From the NCBI RefSeq assembly GCF_964204645.1, contig NC_134026.1, forward strand, positions 1,015,950 to 1,079,949: a stretch of DNA of 64,000 bases, in the 5' to 3' direction. Under the pieces are notes generated by a model. It was not told the DNA's origin, made no database searches, and was given only the letters and a program-made list of their open reading frames with translations. The position numbers were made by a program, and so were the translations under genes. The DNA is from Tubulanus polymorphus. Its lineage: Eukaryota > Animalia > Nemertea. This document shows positions 32,883 through 47,476 of this stretch, in pieces (position 1 is the stretch's first letter; each line of letters opens with the position of its first letter).

Positions 32883-35800
32883 AAATAACTAAACATTCCA
32901 CATCTATTTACTGAAAAATGATTGCATCTTAGAAAATTTCGCTCTTTGCAAATTAGAACTAGTTTTTAGACCGGAGCTCGTTGATAGATGATAGATATGT
33001 TTCATTAAGTACTAATGATAACTGAAGGAGAGACATATGATAATATTTCGCCATTAATGTGTGGGTCATGTGAGAAATGGCGAAATGATTTGTTTTATTT
33101 CCCTACACAGTGAAGACAATATATTGGAATTTTGATCCCGGTTTGCACTTAAACAACACTACTTCAGAATCGTTTAATAAATCTCGTGTTGTAGATTATA
33201 TCTACCCGTTATATCCACTTTGAGTATCATCAAGCCAGGCTGAGTCAATGAAGAAGAAATCATATGAGGTCTTAGAACCATGACCGAAATGCTTAATAGA
33301 AATTGTGGCGAGTGACATACGTCACAGCGTCCATATAGGGCGTCAAGCACCAGGTCATGGACAGCTGAAAATGACGCACACGTCGTAAGATCGTTATACG
33401 ATTCAGTTTAAGACGTTATAGTGGATTTGAATCCTTATAACATCTTTTTTTATACATATTTTGATAATGTGGATAAAGAATGGAAATATTCATTAAAAGA
33501 ACTCATCGATTCCTTGCTAAAACAGGGCGCGTTTTCCTATTATCGCTTTTGAAACCTTGCACGGTTTCATAATGAAAAGTAAACAGGTCTGATACAAGAT
33601 CTGATAATCAAACCCAGTCGGCGTAAAAACTCATGAATCCAAATCCAATCATGGCCTCAACCGATGCCTCGAAATAATGATGCAAACAAAGCGCTTGGAC
33701 TGAAAGCAAACGGCTAGTGCGTGCCGACTACCACGGGCACCGGGATGATTATAGAACGACTACACAAACTACATTCAAAAGCTATTACCAGAAAATACAT
33801 TCCACTCATCTGGTATTACAGTAGAGAGTTTATTGAAGCAATCCTGGTAAACAAAAGCTGCCAGGAAGCGAGGATTTCTAAGAGACCCTCCATTAGATTA
33901 ACAACGAATTTATGATTATTGTTGTAAATGTATTTGCAATGACAGCCGACATGGTTTTGATGTTTCCGTTTATACAACAAGAAGCCCCTCAATAACAAAA
34001 AACCAACATAACAAACCAATCTATCATACTCAACCACTGACTATGGGATCAAGTAAATAGGCACACGGGGATGTCTAATGAGTCTACATTGCACACAGGG
34101 ATTTGGAGACTGTGAGATCGGTGAAAGTGTCCATTTGAAAAAAAGACGGACGGTCTTTTTTATTACGTCGATGTTATGGTAGCCGCATACACTCTTAGAT
34201 ACGACGTTCATCAAACATCAATTACCAAGTAATCTGAGATATCTTAATGGTCGTCCAACTCGACGTTTAGGCAAAATCATTTCCTCGGTGATTACCAGTT
34301 GCTCTGGTCGGTGTTTGGACACCTCATTCTATCTGAAGTGTTTTGTCAACTACGAGCTTGTTAGAAATAATTTCAATCGAGAGATTTCCGTGCAACTTTG
34401 TCGAAAATTTCCCAATGAAAATTAGTAAATCATTTCCGCTGAAGTGGGAAAGCATTGTCGTCGAACGTGCTCGAGAATACGTCATAATTGACTCGTTACG
34501 AACGACGACTCGACGAACAAGAATTGACAATTATCTGATGAAGTCCCGGTAGCGACGGGAATATGCAGGGACCCCGACAGCAGCAGCAACCAAATAAAAC
34601 ATTCAATCCCATACGTGTATAAAATATATACCTCTTTTTGGTCGATAGAATCGATGACGAGAAAAAGCTATTTGTAATCGATCAGTCGTATAAGTACTAA
34701 AGCTTTACATCAAGAAATGCTAAGACGATACTTATGATGTACTCGAAAAACGAGACAAAACTGGTTATGATATTCCTTGTTGACTGTTCATCTTCTTATG
34801 AGTATATCATAGTTGGATCCATCTAACTTGATCGGATAAAATGAAAAGCCCCTTCATATTTGAGTAGTGGGGCAAATAGTATCAGAAATATATATGAAGG
34901 ACGTATCATTTTGTCGATTAGAATTTGAGTCAAGACGATGAAATCTGATGAAATCATTTTTTGCAATATTATCAGATGATGAATTATGAATAACTGACTC
35001 TAGTGATAGATGCAGCGGACAGAACTAGATTTACGTAAATGAGTCATATTTCAATAAATGCTTAGATCTGCAGTTTCTTCACGCCGCATGATCTTATTAT
35101 ATGTAATTGAGTGATTTCATATTCCGTGTTTGAAACACTGAAAATAAAATGCTTGGCGTTAACACTCGGTGTTCGTATTATCTTATTCTATATATTAAGT
35201 ATAATTGAAGTTAGGTGTTCTCACACTCACTAGGACACCTAACACAATGGTGTTGATTTCAATTAGTTATTTTTGTAGATGTTAACATTAACGCCGTCAA
35301 CACCAGGCCGATTTCAAGGTTGGTACTTCATTCTAAAAACAAACGTATGATACGAATACTTTTGTGCCATTCCAAGAAAATATTTCTTACATCTTCCTTT
35401 TTTTCTCCAAGCAGTTTGGCTAAACGGGTAAAACTGTACTTACACCAACACCATTGATACCATTACACCAATACTAACACTGGTGTTGGTGTAATACTAA
35501 AAACAGCGTCAATGCCACGGATTTAACACAGCAACTCTTCTTGAACCTAACACGAAATATGCCACATCAAATATGAAATCACAATCACATAAACTAGAAC
35601 AATTTCTAACGAGTCGTTAGTGGAATGAGGATCACAATCTTGTTGATTCCGTGAATGATATCTCAGACGACATATCTGGGGCTCAGACATATTATTCACT
35701 AGAAAGTGGAGCGAAATGAATTTTTTAACTGAAATTAATACTTCAATTACACACGGCGCCAGCTTCATTTCTAATTATAATCCAGTTATAATCACAAAAG

Positions 35801-38800
35801 ACTCAATTTTATCTGTTCATAATAAACTAGAACTAATGAAACTGGAATAAACCATGGACTATGAATAAACCAAACAATTTCATTGGAATGCACTTTGTCT
35901 TTCTTATTTCAATCATTCATTATAATCTAGGATGATCATTTATGTGATATTCCTGATGACACCCTATTCGACCTTGGCTAAATGAGATGTATTTCTTCTG
36001 ATGTGTCTAGTGGGATTAATTTTTGGACGTATCAAATCTCCATGCATGTAAGATAAATGTTGGTCTGGTTTATAAGGGCGTTATATTGTATCATGTGAAG
36101 GTGAACATCCCACGGGATTTCAATGTCTTTGATAACAATCATCTGAAACAGTAATTTTGATGCAATATTGATTTCAAAGAGTTGACGTAGATTTCATAAC
36201 GCAATATTAAGGCGGGCGCGTCATTTCAATATGACACGGGCGTATATAATGACTCTCATCAAGGATTCGGCGCACTACATTAGTACCACCACTGTTTTAG
36301 GATAAGTTTGACTGTTGAGTTATATCTAGTTCAACGCTAATTATTCAACGCCCATCACGTCATGTAACACGAAAGAGAGAGCGAATGTTGACATTTGCTT
36401 TTATTACCTTCATAACAAACAACAATTGTTAATACTCGAATAAGACACTTTAATACGTGCGAGTCAGCCATCATTATCAGGGCGTTCGATATATCCAGGG
36501 ATGATAATTTACATCGTCAGCAGTGTAGGGGTTAGGGTTAGGTTAGGCTAAAACTTAGGTAACTTTTCATCCTAGGAGATACGTATCATCACCCCATCAT
36601 CAGGTGGATAGGTCATTCATTCATCTTGGTGATGGCTGGTGACTAATACGTTGTAGCTTCATTTTGATAAATCTTCGAAAACTAATCACATAGAATTACA
36701 TGTTTGGACTGTTTTACTAATAATGATATCATAAATTCTGGTATAGGATATGCATTTAGTTTTTTTCGGTTAGGGGAGTCGAGCGCTAAATCAGTAATTC
36801 TATAACTCTGTTCAAACCATAGAATCTTTGGAGTCCATGTTCAAACATATCACAGAAATCCATTACACTCTAAAACAGATCGATTGATAAACAAGTAACG
36901 ATCTAGAAATAAAGTTGTTCCCGTCGATGATTTGACTTGTATTGAATGCATTTGACGGATTTGTTACTTCAGTATTGCTACTAGAGCAAACAATCCGACA
37001 ACAAATACATTCTAAATTCTAATACATCTCAGCCACGCTGTTCAAACACAAGTTATCTCGTAACAGTAACACTGTTACATCTAACCACACGCAGAACGAA
37101 ATAAATTCAATTTAATCCAGTAATTTTCATCTGCGCGCCCGCGCTGTTGAAGATATCCCCGGACGCGATCACGATGTCGAATTCGCCTCGGAGTTTCTCC
37201 TCTTTGATGACAGAGTCGTATTCATTAGGATTAGACACACGTGACGACGATCATTTCCTAGATTCAATATTGTAAATAATTCATACGGTTGAAATATCGC
37301 AGCTATAATCCACTTATACCCGTCATTCTTTTAATCTGAATACTACAAGAACAACGACATAATATCATGTTATACGTTAATTGGATTTGTAATGTACAAC
37401 GCTTCATACATGGAATTGATTAACTTCAGTTGAACACAATAACAGTAGTATATATTCTATTCATATTGCATTATACTCGACATGGTTTCAAATATATGTT
37501 ATTTCAAGATATCGGTCAATATGATGAATTTACTGACGTAGCTTTCTTGCGTTTAACATTTATGTATTTAAGGGTAACGTGTGAATCTAACCGAAATGAA
37601 AAATATTATTCCCCAACCAAGACTGTGAGTTATTTATGGTAAAAGTGAAATAACTAAATGTGATACACTTTCTTGCAGTTCACATGTTGAAAAAGAACAT
37701 AAGGACCTGGTAATGTTAGAAAAACTATTTCTCCAGAGAGGCCTATAACGGATCTTCAAACTGACCTTTCTCATACTATTTGTTTCTCATAGTCTATACT
37801 TGAATATCTGCCCACAGTCATTTAAAGTAAATTGAAATCAAAATCTAGCGTATCAATGTATTTGTATTTTCTACCTGATTTTATGATCGAATAGATACTT
37901 GCTAAGTCCCACCGCGTGATTAGGAGAAAAACATGGAAGGACTTTTTTAGTCACGATCTTATCGTACTGTTTATCAATAAATTACGCATTTTATGAATGG
38001 GATACAACACAGCAGCTGTAACTCTATTCGCTCCGGAGCGTCTTGTCTGCGTCTCGTCGTCTGCGTCTCGCCTGGAAGTTTCTAAGAACATAAATATCAA
38101 GAAACGCGTTTTTTTTCTATCGCGATCTTATTACGTTAATTCACACACAGATGACGCGTCGTTCTGCAATAAGAGACGAGAATATAAAACTCCCGAGTTT
38201 CCAACAAGACATTATTACGTAAATGATGTTATAAATGCGTGTAGATCTTTCTCGACGTTCGATCAGATAAATTCAATCAGTTATCGTTGATGATATAACA
38301 GCTTGTAAAGTAAGGGAGGATCGCGGATGTAAATCTAGTTTGCCGATAGATGAATGTACATCATCGCTGCATCTTCTTTTGATAAATACCACGATTTAAC
38401 GATTGAACTAGAACTCGATGTATGGGTTTCAGGGCGCAACTCCAAACCTATATAAAAATAGAAACTAAATGCTTAAGGTGAATAAACATATATATTTGGA
38501 TACAATGGGTGGATACATGAATTCTTGTACAATGGGTGATTTTATTACCCCTGATTAGATTCATGTTTGTGGTGCTTCAGGATATAAAATGAACAATTAT
38601 CTTCGAAGTAGTCAAACTCAACGTAGTTATCGAACCAATCGTCAATTCAAATTTACTCTATCATACTTTAATGTTACAGAGCATATTTATCTGTTTAACA
38701 AAGAAATACAGTTTCATACAAAATATGACGTAAAAAAACATAGTACAATATGGAAAGAAAATATGAAATGAAAAATACAATATAAAAAGAAAAGTGCATT

Positions 38801-39506
38801 ATCACAACAATTAAACTCGAGAAATATCGAGTGAGAATTAAACAGATATACAAACAAGGCGGGACATTTTATGTTTGTTTCTTTTTTCGTGCAGATACAA
38901 CATTTATACTAACAATATTGGAAATTTCGAAGTCGGCCACGAACCGTTTAAAATGCGTGCATTAAGAATTATAGATATGTTCAGATTCTACGATGATTTT
39001 TAAAAGAATATTTGATAAATCCCGTGTTATTACGATACGGTATATACATCAATTTGTTGTTTGTTCAAACTGTTCACACAGAACGCGCGATCAGTCATCA
39101 TAAAATAACATCGATACGATCGAGAATGAAGCGCCGCAAAACAGAATCAACATAAATCAATAGAACGATTCTCATTATGGATTATCCGTGAAAACAAGTC
39201 AACGATATGAGCCCGACATCATCGAGCTTACAGCGGCGTACTTCGCAGATTTGTTTTGATTTATTAAAAGTTGTGACCTCACGTACGAACCCAATGATAT
39301 ACCATCAGGAAATTATAACCTGCCTCCTAAGTCGTAATTTAGAACCGTCAGTTTCACGAGACACAACATCCGCTAAAGACACACTAAGGTATATCAGGAT
39401 CGCTTCAGATAGGTTTCACATCAACTTATCGTTAAATTCCAATTTCCGATTGAATCATCTGTACAGATAATGGTTTGGATCAATATTATTCTTCACTCCG
39501 TGTGTA

Positions 39507-39678
39507 TACAGTAAACCACGGCGCACTGGACCATGGCAAACTCGGACTTTTGACCCGAACAAAAATTACACAATTTTTATGACATCCGAACGTATTTTCC
39601 TATCGTTTGCTCGGACTTCTCTTACCTCGGATCGATTTTGCTGGTCCCAATTTTTCCGAGGTATGTGAGGTTTACGTT
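39507..39678. mobile_element. Degenerate Tc1/pogo-type MITE
   Basis: Ends ta|cagtaaacc ... gaggtttac, internal ctcgga repeats; a similar right end ggtttactgt occurs at ~1143-1152. Confidence 0.4.
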
Positions 39679-42005
39679 CCCTCTTACCTCCTTGGTATTT
39701 ACGAAGGTCTTAAACGGAGCAATGTGATCTGTATGAGAGGCGAAAAACAACTTCCCTGGGTGAAGTAATATGCAAGACGTCAAGAGGCATTAGCCCAAGA
39801 CGCGTCGAATTCTCATGCGGATCATTATTCGGTTTATAACCAGTTTATGACCCAGCAAATCGTTCAGGACCATGTCTTACTCACTGTACATGGAACGCTG
39901 TAACATGATTTGGTCGATGATATTTTGTCGGGTTGAGAACAAATCAACGAGATTTCAATATGATATCGTCTATATCCGGTACGAAGATGAGCAAAGACAG
40001 CATTTCTTTGCGGCCTGATGTAATTCCAGCGAGAGAAATTGTCTAAGAAAAAAGATTTACCAGACTGAAGGTTGTGTCTGTTCAGCAGCAAAAACTGTCT
40101 GAACATGAGTAGTATGACGTCTTAATTTTTGTTTTAACAGACTTAAATATTTATGTTTCAGTATCGAGAAAAAGTTCGAATCCGAATCTGTCAATTCGAT
40201 ACGTCAGTTTAAACTCGCAGACGAACAGAAAACTATTCGCTTCTTCCTCGTCATTCCACTTCATCTACTCGCCACAACTGAGAAGAAATGGCCAAACATG
40301 GCCGAGAATATTTTGATTAATTTACGATCAGTCTGCGCACCGTTGAGGAAAATCAGACTCGCCACAATTCATCACGCATAGACTGTTAGAAACCAACTGG
40401 AAACTGTGTGGCTGACCAATTTGTTACTGGCAGAACGATACGGCGAATAAAACCGTCTGAAGCGGCCAAATGTCACCGAATTCATTCATTCTGACCACGA
40501 ATACCGTGTGAGAACAAGCGCTGAAATACGAAACCATACTTAGACGTTTGATGGGTTGAAAAGATCCGTCCGCATTCGAGCGGCATCTCATGCATTTCCA
40601 GGTCCGAAAATCGAGCAAATACTAAACGATGATCGATCATAATGCAACGATTAGATTCCAGATCAAGAATCTCTGTTGAAAATCAAGACGTTATTTTGCC
40701 AAAGTATTGCATATTCATTAATCATCTTTACATATTGACAGCTCGTCGATCAGCAGAGGCAAAAAAACCAGCGGTTCATCCAATTCTTAATTTCTTAGTA
40801 AAAAAATCTTTAGTATTCGTTTACATTAATTAAAAATGTCACATTGAATAAGGACGTACAGTAGGGAAGTGGGCGAGATGACAAGGAAATTAAGATTGTC
40901 ATCATTGTGCGGCATGAAACCTGTTAAGTGTGGATTAAGAATTCATGAGAATTTCGCTATATGTGGCCAAGCAAGTCATTGCACTATTTCAATTAGAAAT
41001 GTAGATTGTCGGTTTTGTAGCGCAACTAGCAGGAAAGAGGTGTTCTTCTTCTGTGACGGGGCGCTATTGACCTTTAAGAACTAGGAATGAATAACTCTTC
41101 AAAAATGGTCTCGTGGGTGTTTAATTATTTTACGTCGGTGAATTACAGTTGCTTTGTACCGTTGTTATTTCTGCCTTAAGCGTCACGTGTGAAACAACAG
41201 AGAGACGCGCGTCTTTGTAAAGCCCCTCGGATTCCAGATTCATGAATATCGTTTCATTCCTCATCCGGCAGAAGGACGACCAGGGATTCTTTTACAACAT
41301 TTGAATAAAACCCGGCGGTTGATCTTTTTTCTTAAATTCACGCTGTCGAAAAAAAACTGTGAATTGTGTAAAAACCACGTCGAGTAACGATTCGACGTGT
41401 ATTTCCACTTATTGCACTTGTAAACGACCGCATCGTTTTAATAGTAATGACACTAAATCGGTTCTCATTCATTTTCGATGGGTGTACTTTACCGTAAGAA
41501 CATCGTGCGTAATACTTATAAATATTCAAGTCTCTGACGAGGAAGGAAGGATGCCGCGGTAATATAATGAGTGGTTTTACCCGATAACAATATTATCACC
41601 GGCGCCAAGAAATTGAGATACAGCTGATGAATTTCAAGCGAAGTTTGTTATGTAAATCCCTAGATGAAGATATCGGTAACTAATGGTTTTGTATATAAAC
41701 ATGTTCGCTTGATCCCAGTGGTCCATTTACCTCTAAAACCATCCCCTCCCCCGTACTGCAGACTTATGTTCTATCTCATGCGAAACAAATCAAAATTCCG
41801 CAACGCACATTGCTTTGTCAGGAGAATAAATCATATTTACGTTCAGATAATTTGGTCAGCTTTTAACCTTTATCGGATTAGATTACCATTCTCCATGAGT
41901 TCACAGGACACCGGCCACTTACTGCCCTGTAAGCAACCGAGGCTGCCAGCATTGACCATCGCGCAATATTGCCTTAGCGGAAAATAAACAGACTAATAAT
42001 TCAAT

Positions 42006-42229
42006 AAATGAAGAAATCCCACACTTCGAATTTAAAATTATACGATCAAATCTATCATTTATGAAACCGCAACGTTTCGGTTGTTGGCTTACAGCCATCA
42101 TCAGGTGGAATGACCAGAAAAACAAGTGTGGAAAACACTTTAAAACACTTTTAAAAAACACTTTAAATTCGAAGTGTGGGATTTCTTAATTTATCTACTG
42201 TATACACGGATTATAGTGTTTATTCGACA
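42006..42229. mobile_element. Hammerhead-core short retroelement with inversion (Penelope-related)
   Basis: Minus-strand core ccac-CTGATGA-t-ggctgt/acaacc-GAAACGTT-gcgg (42067-42108); 32-bp inverted repeat 42005-42036/42162-42193 containing TGTGGGATT; ACACGGAT near the 3' end; TSD actaataattcaat at 41992-42005 and 42230-42243. Confidence 0.75.
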
Positions 42230-45200
42230 ACTAATAATTCAATTTTTATCGTGAACGATGTAACATTTTCCTGAAAGTTAATCGGTGTATTCAACTTCGG
42301 CGTCGAGTGACCGGTGTAAATAATTGACACTAATGAAATCATCATTCAATAGTGCCGAGAACCGGATCTCGTATCCTACAGCGACTTCTCCGCAAAGTAG
42401 AAACAAAATGACTGGTCAAACCTGAATCGTTAAGTATTCATAACTATATACGATGATAATATATGACAAAATTGCGTTGGACATCGCCGTATTTTGATTT
42501 TTCTGGCAAAATGAATTAATCACAAATTGAATAACTGAGGCGTGCGATTTTTACCCCGAGTAAAGATACATAGGGTGAAGATTGATATCTTTTGCCAAAT
42601 GAAGACTGATGAAAGACTTTCCACAAAGCGCCGCTCCGCACTATGGTGGAAAACGATTAAATTGCATGTCCAGCTCTCGGCTGACACGAACATCTGAATC
42701 TTAGCAATCTCGTCTGCAATCACGTCTCACTGTCAGTATCAATCGGTCAGCACTGATTCTCCAGACGGTGTCTTATTTCGTTTTTGTTTTCATGATTCAA
42801 TCGTATGAACGACGAAATTGGATTGTCTTCATTTACGAACAGGGCGTAAACACCAAATCAACTTAGAGAGATTTCCATCTGAAAAAAAAGAAAATCGAAG
42901 TGACCAAAAAGACTGCGTTGAGTAAACATTCGCCGCGATTTTTGGAGTTTTTTTTGTAGGCAATGGTGGAACGAATCATGTCCGGTTTCTTCGATGATCA
43001 TTCGTAACTATTCGCCCTTTTCCGTAACGCATCGGTAGTGTCTACGTCATCGTCCGCTGCAGACGAAGATTGCTCACGTGTGCATGTAATCAAACAGAAT
43101 GACAACATCAAGTCTCGCGTATAGCTAGAATACACGAAATCAGATATATCACCATAGAGGTCATCAGTTCCACCACACAAGTGTCAAGCCGCCGAAAAAC
43201 CAATTAATATCTTGCCCAATCGATATTCAATTTCTGGTTACCCATTTATTATTTAAAGTCCGCTGTTTAATGTATTGGCGACATGCAATTAATTGCAACT
43301 TTATATTTCGATTATCTATATTGCATCATTTCGTTGTTAAATGACAGGTAACTGAGCACGTTTTGAACTGCACAAACCGCAGCAGTCGATTATTCGTGTT
43401 GCACTTATTGAAGGTTATTAACGACGAATTAAGAGCACAGAAACCGAACAAGACATTAGAAAATATAAAATTGTTTCTAATACGTAGTTTGTATCGTACG
43501 AAAAGCTACGTTTTTGGTTAATTGCGCTTTGTTTTGTTTTCCTGGTTTAATTTGCATATTGAATATTCAAATGAACCGTATTTATTAGATGACTTTATTG
43601 TTTCAGAGAATGTAAAACTATCTGCGACAGATTTACATGGAAAATCAATTGCGAATATCGTGAAATATTCAATGAGTGTAAATTTAAATTTGAAGAATCT
43701 TGAGGTGTATTTAATGATACCCATTGACAGAAATCTTTTTTAAAGTTAATGTCAGGAGCGTCATCCGTTTTGGTTGGAGAAACTTCCAGTTACATTTCCC
43801 AAACACTGAAGTGAAAACGAGTGTTCACTATTTGGTGGTAGGAAGTAGGAGGCCTTCCCTCCCAATGGCCTCCTAGCATCGGACCTAATCTTCCACTGGC
43901 TAATTACACCAATCATTCCGGCGCTGTTACCCGGCGGTTACCACACGCGGTGCCGATAATATGGATGAGGTGGACAGGTCGTGACTCAGTCGCTTTTGAA
44001 TATTTGATGTTAGATATTGAAAATTCACTCAAACTAACAGCACATGTGAGCTTTCTCACAACCTTCCCAGCTTCTACGAGTAAGCTCTCACAAATTGGAT
44101 GTCATAGCAGTCGATATTTCTTTTTTTCGAAATGTATGGTTTTTTTTTGTTTGTTTCATGATATATTAGGCGATCGTGTATCATGGTTTCAATGCAGTCG
44201 ATTATTCATTGACTTAAACATCAGCGCGCGAGTGAACGACAACTCAGACTAAACGAAAAATTTATAGCGCGCCTAATGAGATACGTAAACTCAATGTCTC
44301 GATCTAACAACAGATTGGTCTTCATTAAATGATTAATAATATCTGTAATAATAAAACGCAGTTATACTATCTAGATTCATTCGTTGTAACACGTCGCTTT
44401 ATCTTCGTGCATTGGTAACACGGCGCGGTGTACGCTTTCAGTAACTGGATAAATCCTGACGATTAGCTGGATATAATGGAGGCAAATTATAACATGATCG
44501 ACGATAATATCAATAGATTAATCTTAATTTACGGTAGCTTTATAAATCTTTCGGTGCTAAATTGATGATATTTATCATTTTCGAAGCGTGAGATGATTAA
44601 GATTAGCCTTCTGTATTTCTGTGTGTACGGTCTCCTAGCTTTAACAGGTGTTGAATTTAGTATTCCGTACGTTTACACAATTTATACTGTTCTGATCCCG
44701 TTTTATAGGCTTTCACGATAGATTCACGACTGCTGTTCCGTTAATAATTTCAATAATCGCGTGTGAGTGATAAAATAAGTTGTCAAGTACGGATGAAAAG
44801 CTCGCGTAGTAACATGAATCGTACTCTGAAGTGTTCAGGTTGTTGTTACAATGAACACGGTATAATAATGCATTTCGTGATAGAAGCAGCCGTTAGATTT
44901 CATTTTTAAAAAAAACCTCACAGGTGCAAATATTTCTGATTGGTGCGTTTTGTTTAAAATCGTTCCAATTTACATCTGTTATATCCTGTCTCAAATTGAC
45001 GAACGAATGATTATCGTAAAACTTTGTTCCGACGGTTTTTACGCGTTAATTTATAGAAGGTATCAAATTGGCAGACATTACTAGAAACCAGAGATACTAA
45101 TGAATCTAATTTTGCCAATAGTTTGAGGTGAACATTAAATGATTAAAATGGGGTGGAGTGTTTATTTCAGTTCGGATCTATATATAGCGACTATTGCACA

Positions 45201-47380
45201 GTGTTCAACATCCAAGAGTGCAGTTTTTCTGGTAAAATAGATATTTCCTGGTAAACAAAGTAATAATTTATCCGACTTGAAGCCATCAAACGATTCTGCA
45301 CTTCGCCAATCAACCCGTATTTCGTTGTGATATCTTTTGTCCTAAAGAACCCATCTTTTCATTCGTCTGAACTTCACGACATTCTTAAAGCCTATAAACA
45401 TATTGCTACAGAAGGATCGATCTTGACGTATTTTAAAGCTAAACCACTATACTATACCCGCGTCTGAAATGAGAAATGCTCCGAAAATAATCGCGAGATT
45501 GAACCCTGAAGTGATGGCAATCCACAGTTGCTGAAGCTGGTTTCATTGAGATACTGCTGTTTTCGGAAATTGGATTGTGGATAATAGTATTCAATCTCGC
45601 ATCATTTTACTGGTCATTCTACACATATTCAAGCACGGGTCAAGGTAGAAACCTGCAGAAATCAAACATCTTGACACAGAAAACTGGCAGAAATTTTTGC
45701 TCGACATTTGCCACTGATTTCCTGTTCAATCATCACTTACTAAGTGGTTCATTACTGGCTCTATGTGACACCGGTGACGTACAACAAAGACCCACTATAT
45801 AGCCTATTACTGCGCTATTGGCATCACCATATAGTGCATTCTATATTGCGTGATAGACGCTTCTCCCTGCGGATCGCTACTGAAAATAATCCCTTATGAT
45901 CTCAGAACCTAGAAATCATTTTGAACGAAAAGATTTTTTTCGCTTTTAACTTTCCACCCCCGAACGGATGTTGGTTGGTTTCTGGAAATGGATATTCAAA
46001 AATTCATATCAGGCGGATTGCTAAAAGGGTGCTTTCTGAACGGAGTCGTTAGCGCTACATTTCGATCAATGAGAGGCTCTCAAAACGGTTGCCGTGAAGA
46101 ATGTAAAAAAGCCGCCTCTATTCAACGCCCGATCGTTTCCACCGCGACATTCAACGGCAACAGCAAAATAGGCACAGAGAATCACAATTGTTTTGATAAT
46201 GACTCTCGACCAAATCACTGATGGAAATTTGTACCAATCGAAGGCACTTTCACGCAATATTCCTACCTGTCTAGCGGCGCCCAAGTGTTCCGACAATCGG
46301 TGGTCAAATCGATCAGGCAAAATGAACCTGAGCGGTAAATCTGATTTAGTTAATTTCCGCGTTATTTCGTGTTCGCCTGTTTTTTCGACCAGAAAAAAAA
46401 ATCGCGTTTATCAATCGGCGATTGCCTCGTAACGAATCAATACATCGGGTGAATTCCCGACGAGGATTCGCTGATTTTATTCGGGTGTCTTCACACTGGA
46501 AAATAGACTGTTCAGGTTTTGGATTTTCTGGCTTGTCACGCATCAATCACCGCTGACTTATCCCTTCATCCTTTCCTATAAAGTCATTAGTTATGGACCA
46601 GGAGAACTATTACGGATGTGTTACGGATTCGTGCTCGCTGATGCAGTACGTCGGGTTTATGCATTTACTCTTGAGAACTTGACATATTCACGGATATTTG
46701 CAGCGACGACGACGACGAGTTTTTTCGGAAACTCCTACTCGTAATTCCGATATCGCATTGACCGCGTCCATTGCTATTAGCGAACGTAAAATGCCGTGCG
46801 AAATCACACCTACCTGCAGTATAGTTATCAATACATAAAACAATGGTTTGTAACAGTTTTACGGCATCAAAAAAACTAGTAAAATGCAGAAAGAGTTCAT
46901 AGCTTTGAATTACTACGATGTATTGCCAACATTGTCATTATAAATTGCCAGCCTTTGGCTAAATATCAGATTGGTGTGAGACGATAATGTTGTTTGGGTT
47001 CGTCAGTTGATTGTCGCTGTCTCTGTCGCCGAATAACGTGAAGTTCAAACGATGTAACATTATTTGGTAACACTCAGATATCTTTAGCTTATCGCGCGTT
47101 CGCCGTTTCGTTCGTAGCCACCGGCTAACGCAATCTCGTATAGACAATCGGCAGTAAGCAGGAAATTGCAGGATGAAGGACACGCGAACAGCGCAATTGC
47201 TTAAGTTGATAATTTTGCATTTTTAGTATTTGTTCATTCGAATAAACAAAAAAATATCTATATCAAAAAAGTTATCTTATCTCCCAATCCATCACTTCAT
47301 TTTTGTAAAATATTCTATTTTCTATTTGTAAGTTTTTGTAAGATCTTTTATCGTCACATGCACGGAATCCCATTATGTAC

Positions 47381-47476
47381 AGGGGCCAAATTCACGAACG
47401 CATCTGCTAAGCCATACTTGGTCGGCGAACTGCATTTCTCTGATGTTTTCGCAAGCTTTCGCGAATTTGGCCCCAG
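47381..47476. mobile_element. Short MITE-like element (GGGGCC termini, PIF/Harbinger-like)
   Basis: TIRs ggggccaaattcacgaa / ttcgcgaatttggcccc. Confidence 0.65.

Noticed and set aside
35136-35535. Cluster of aacacc/ggtgtt words
   Set aside because: Probably a decayed DNA-transposon relic, but no termini or TSD could be defined.
36528-36550. Telomere-like ggttagggttaggttagg (also ~188-210)
   Set aside because: Too short and degenerate; such motifs are common inside invertebrate non-autonomous repeats.
44593-44647. Signal-peptide-like MIKISLLYFCVYGLLALT followed by ag|gt
   Set aside because: Weak donor and no convincing downstream exon.
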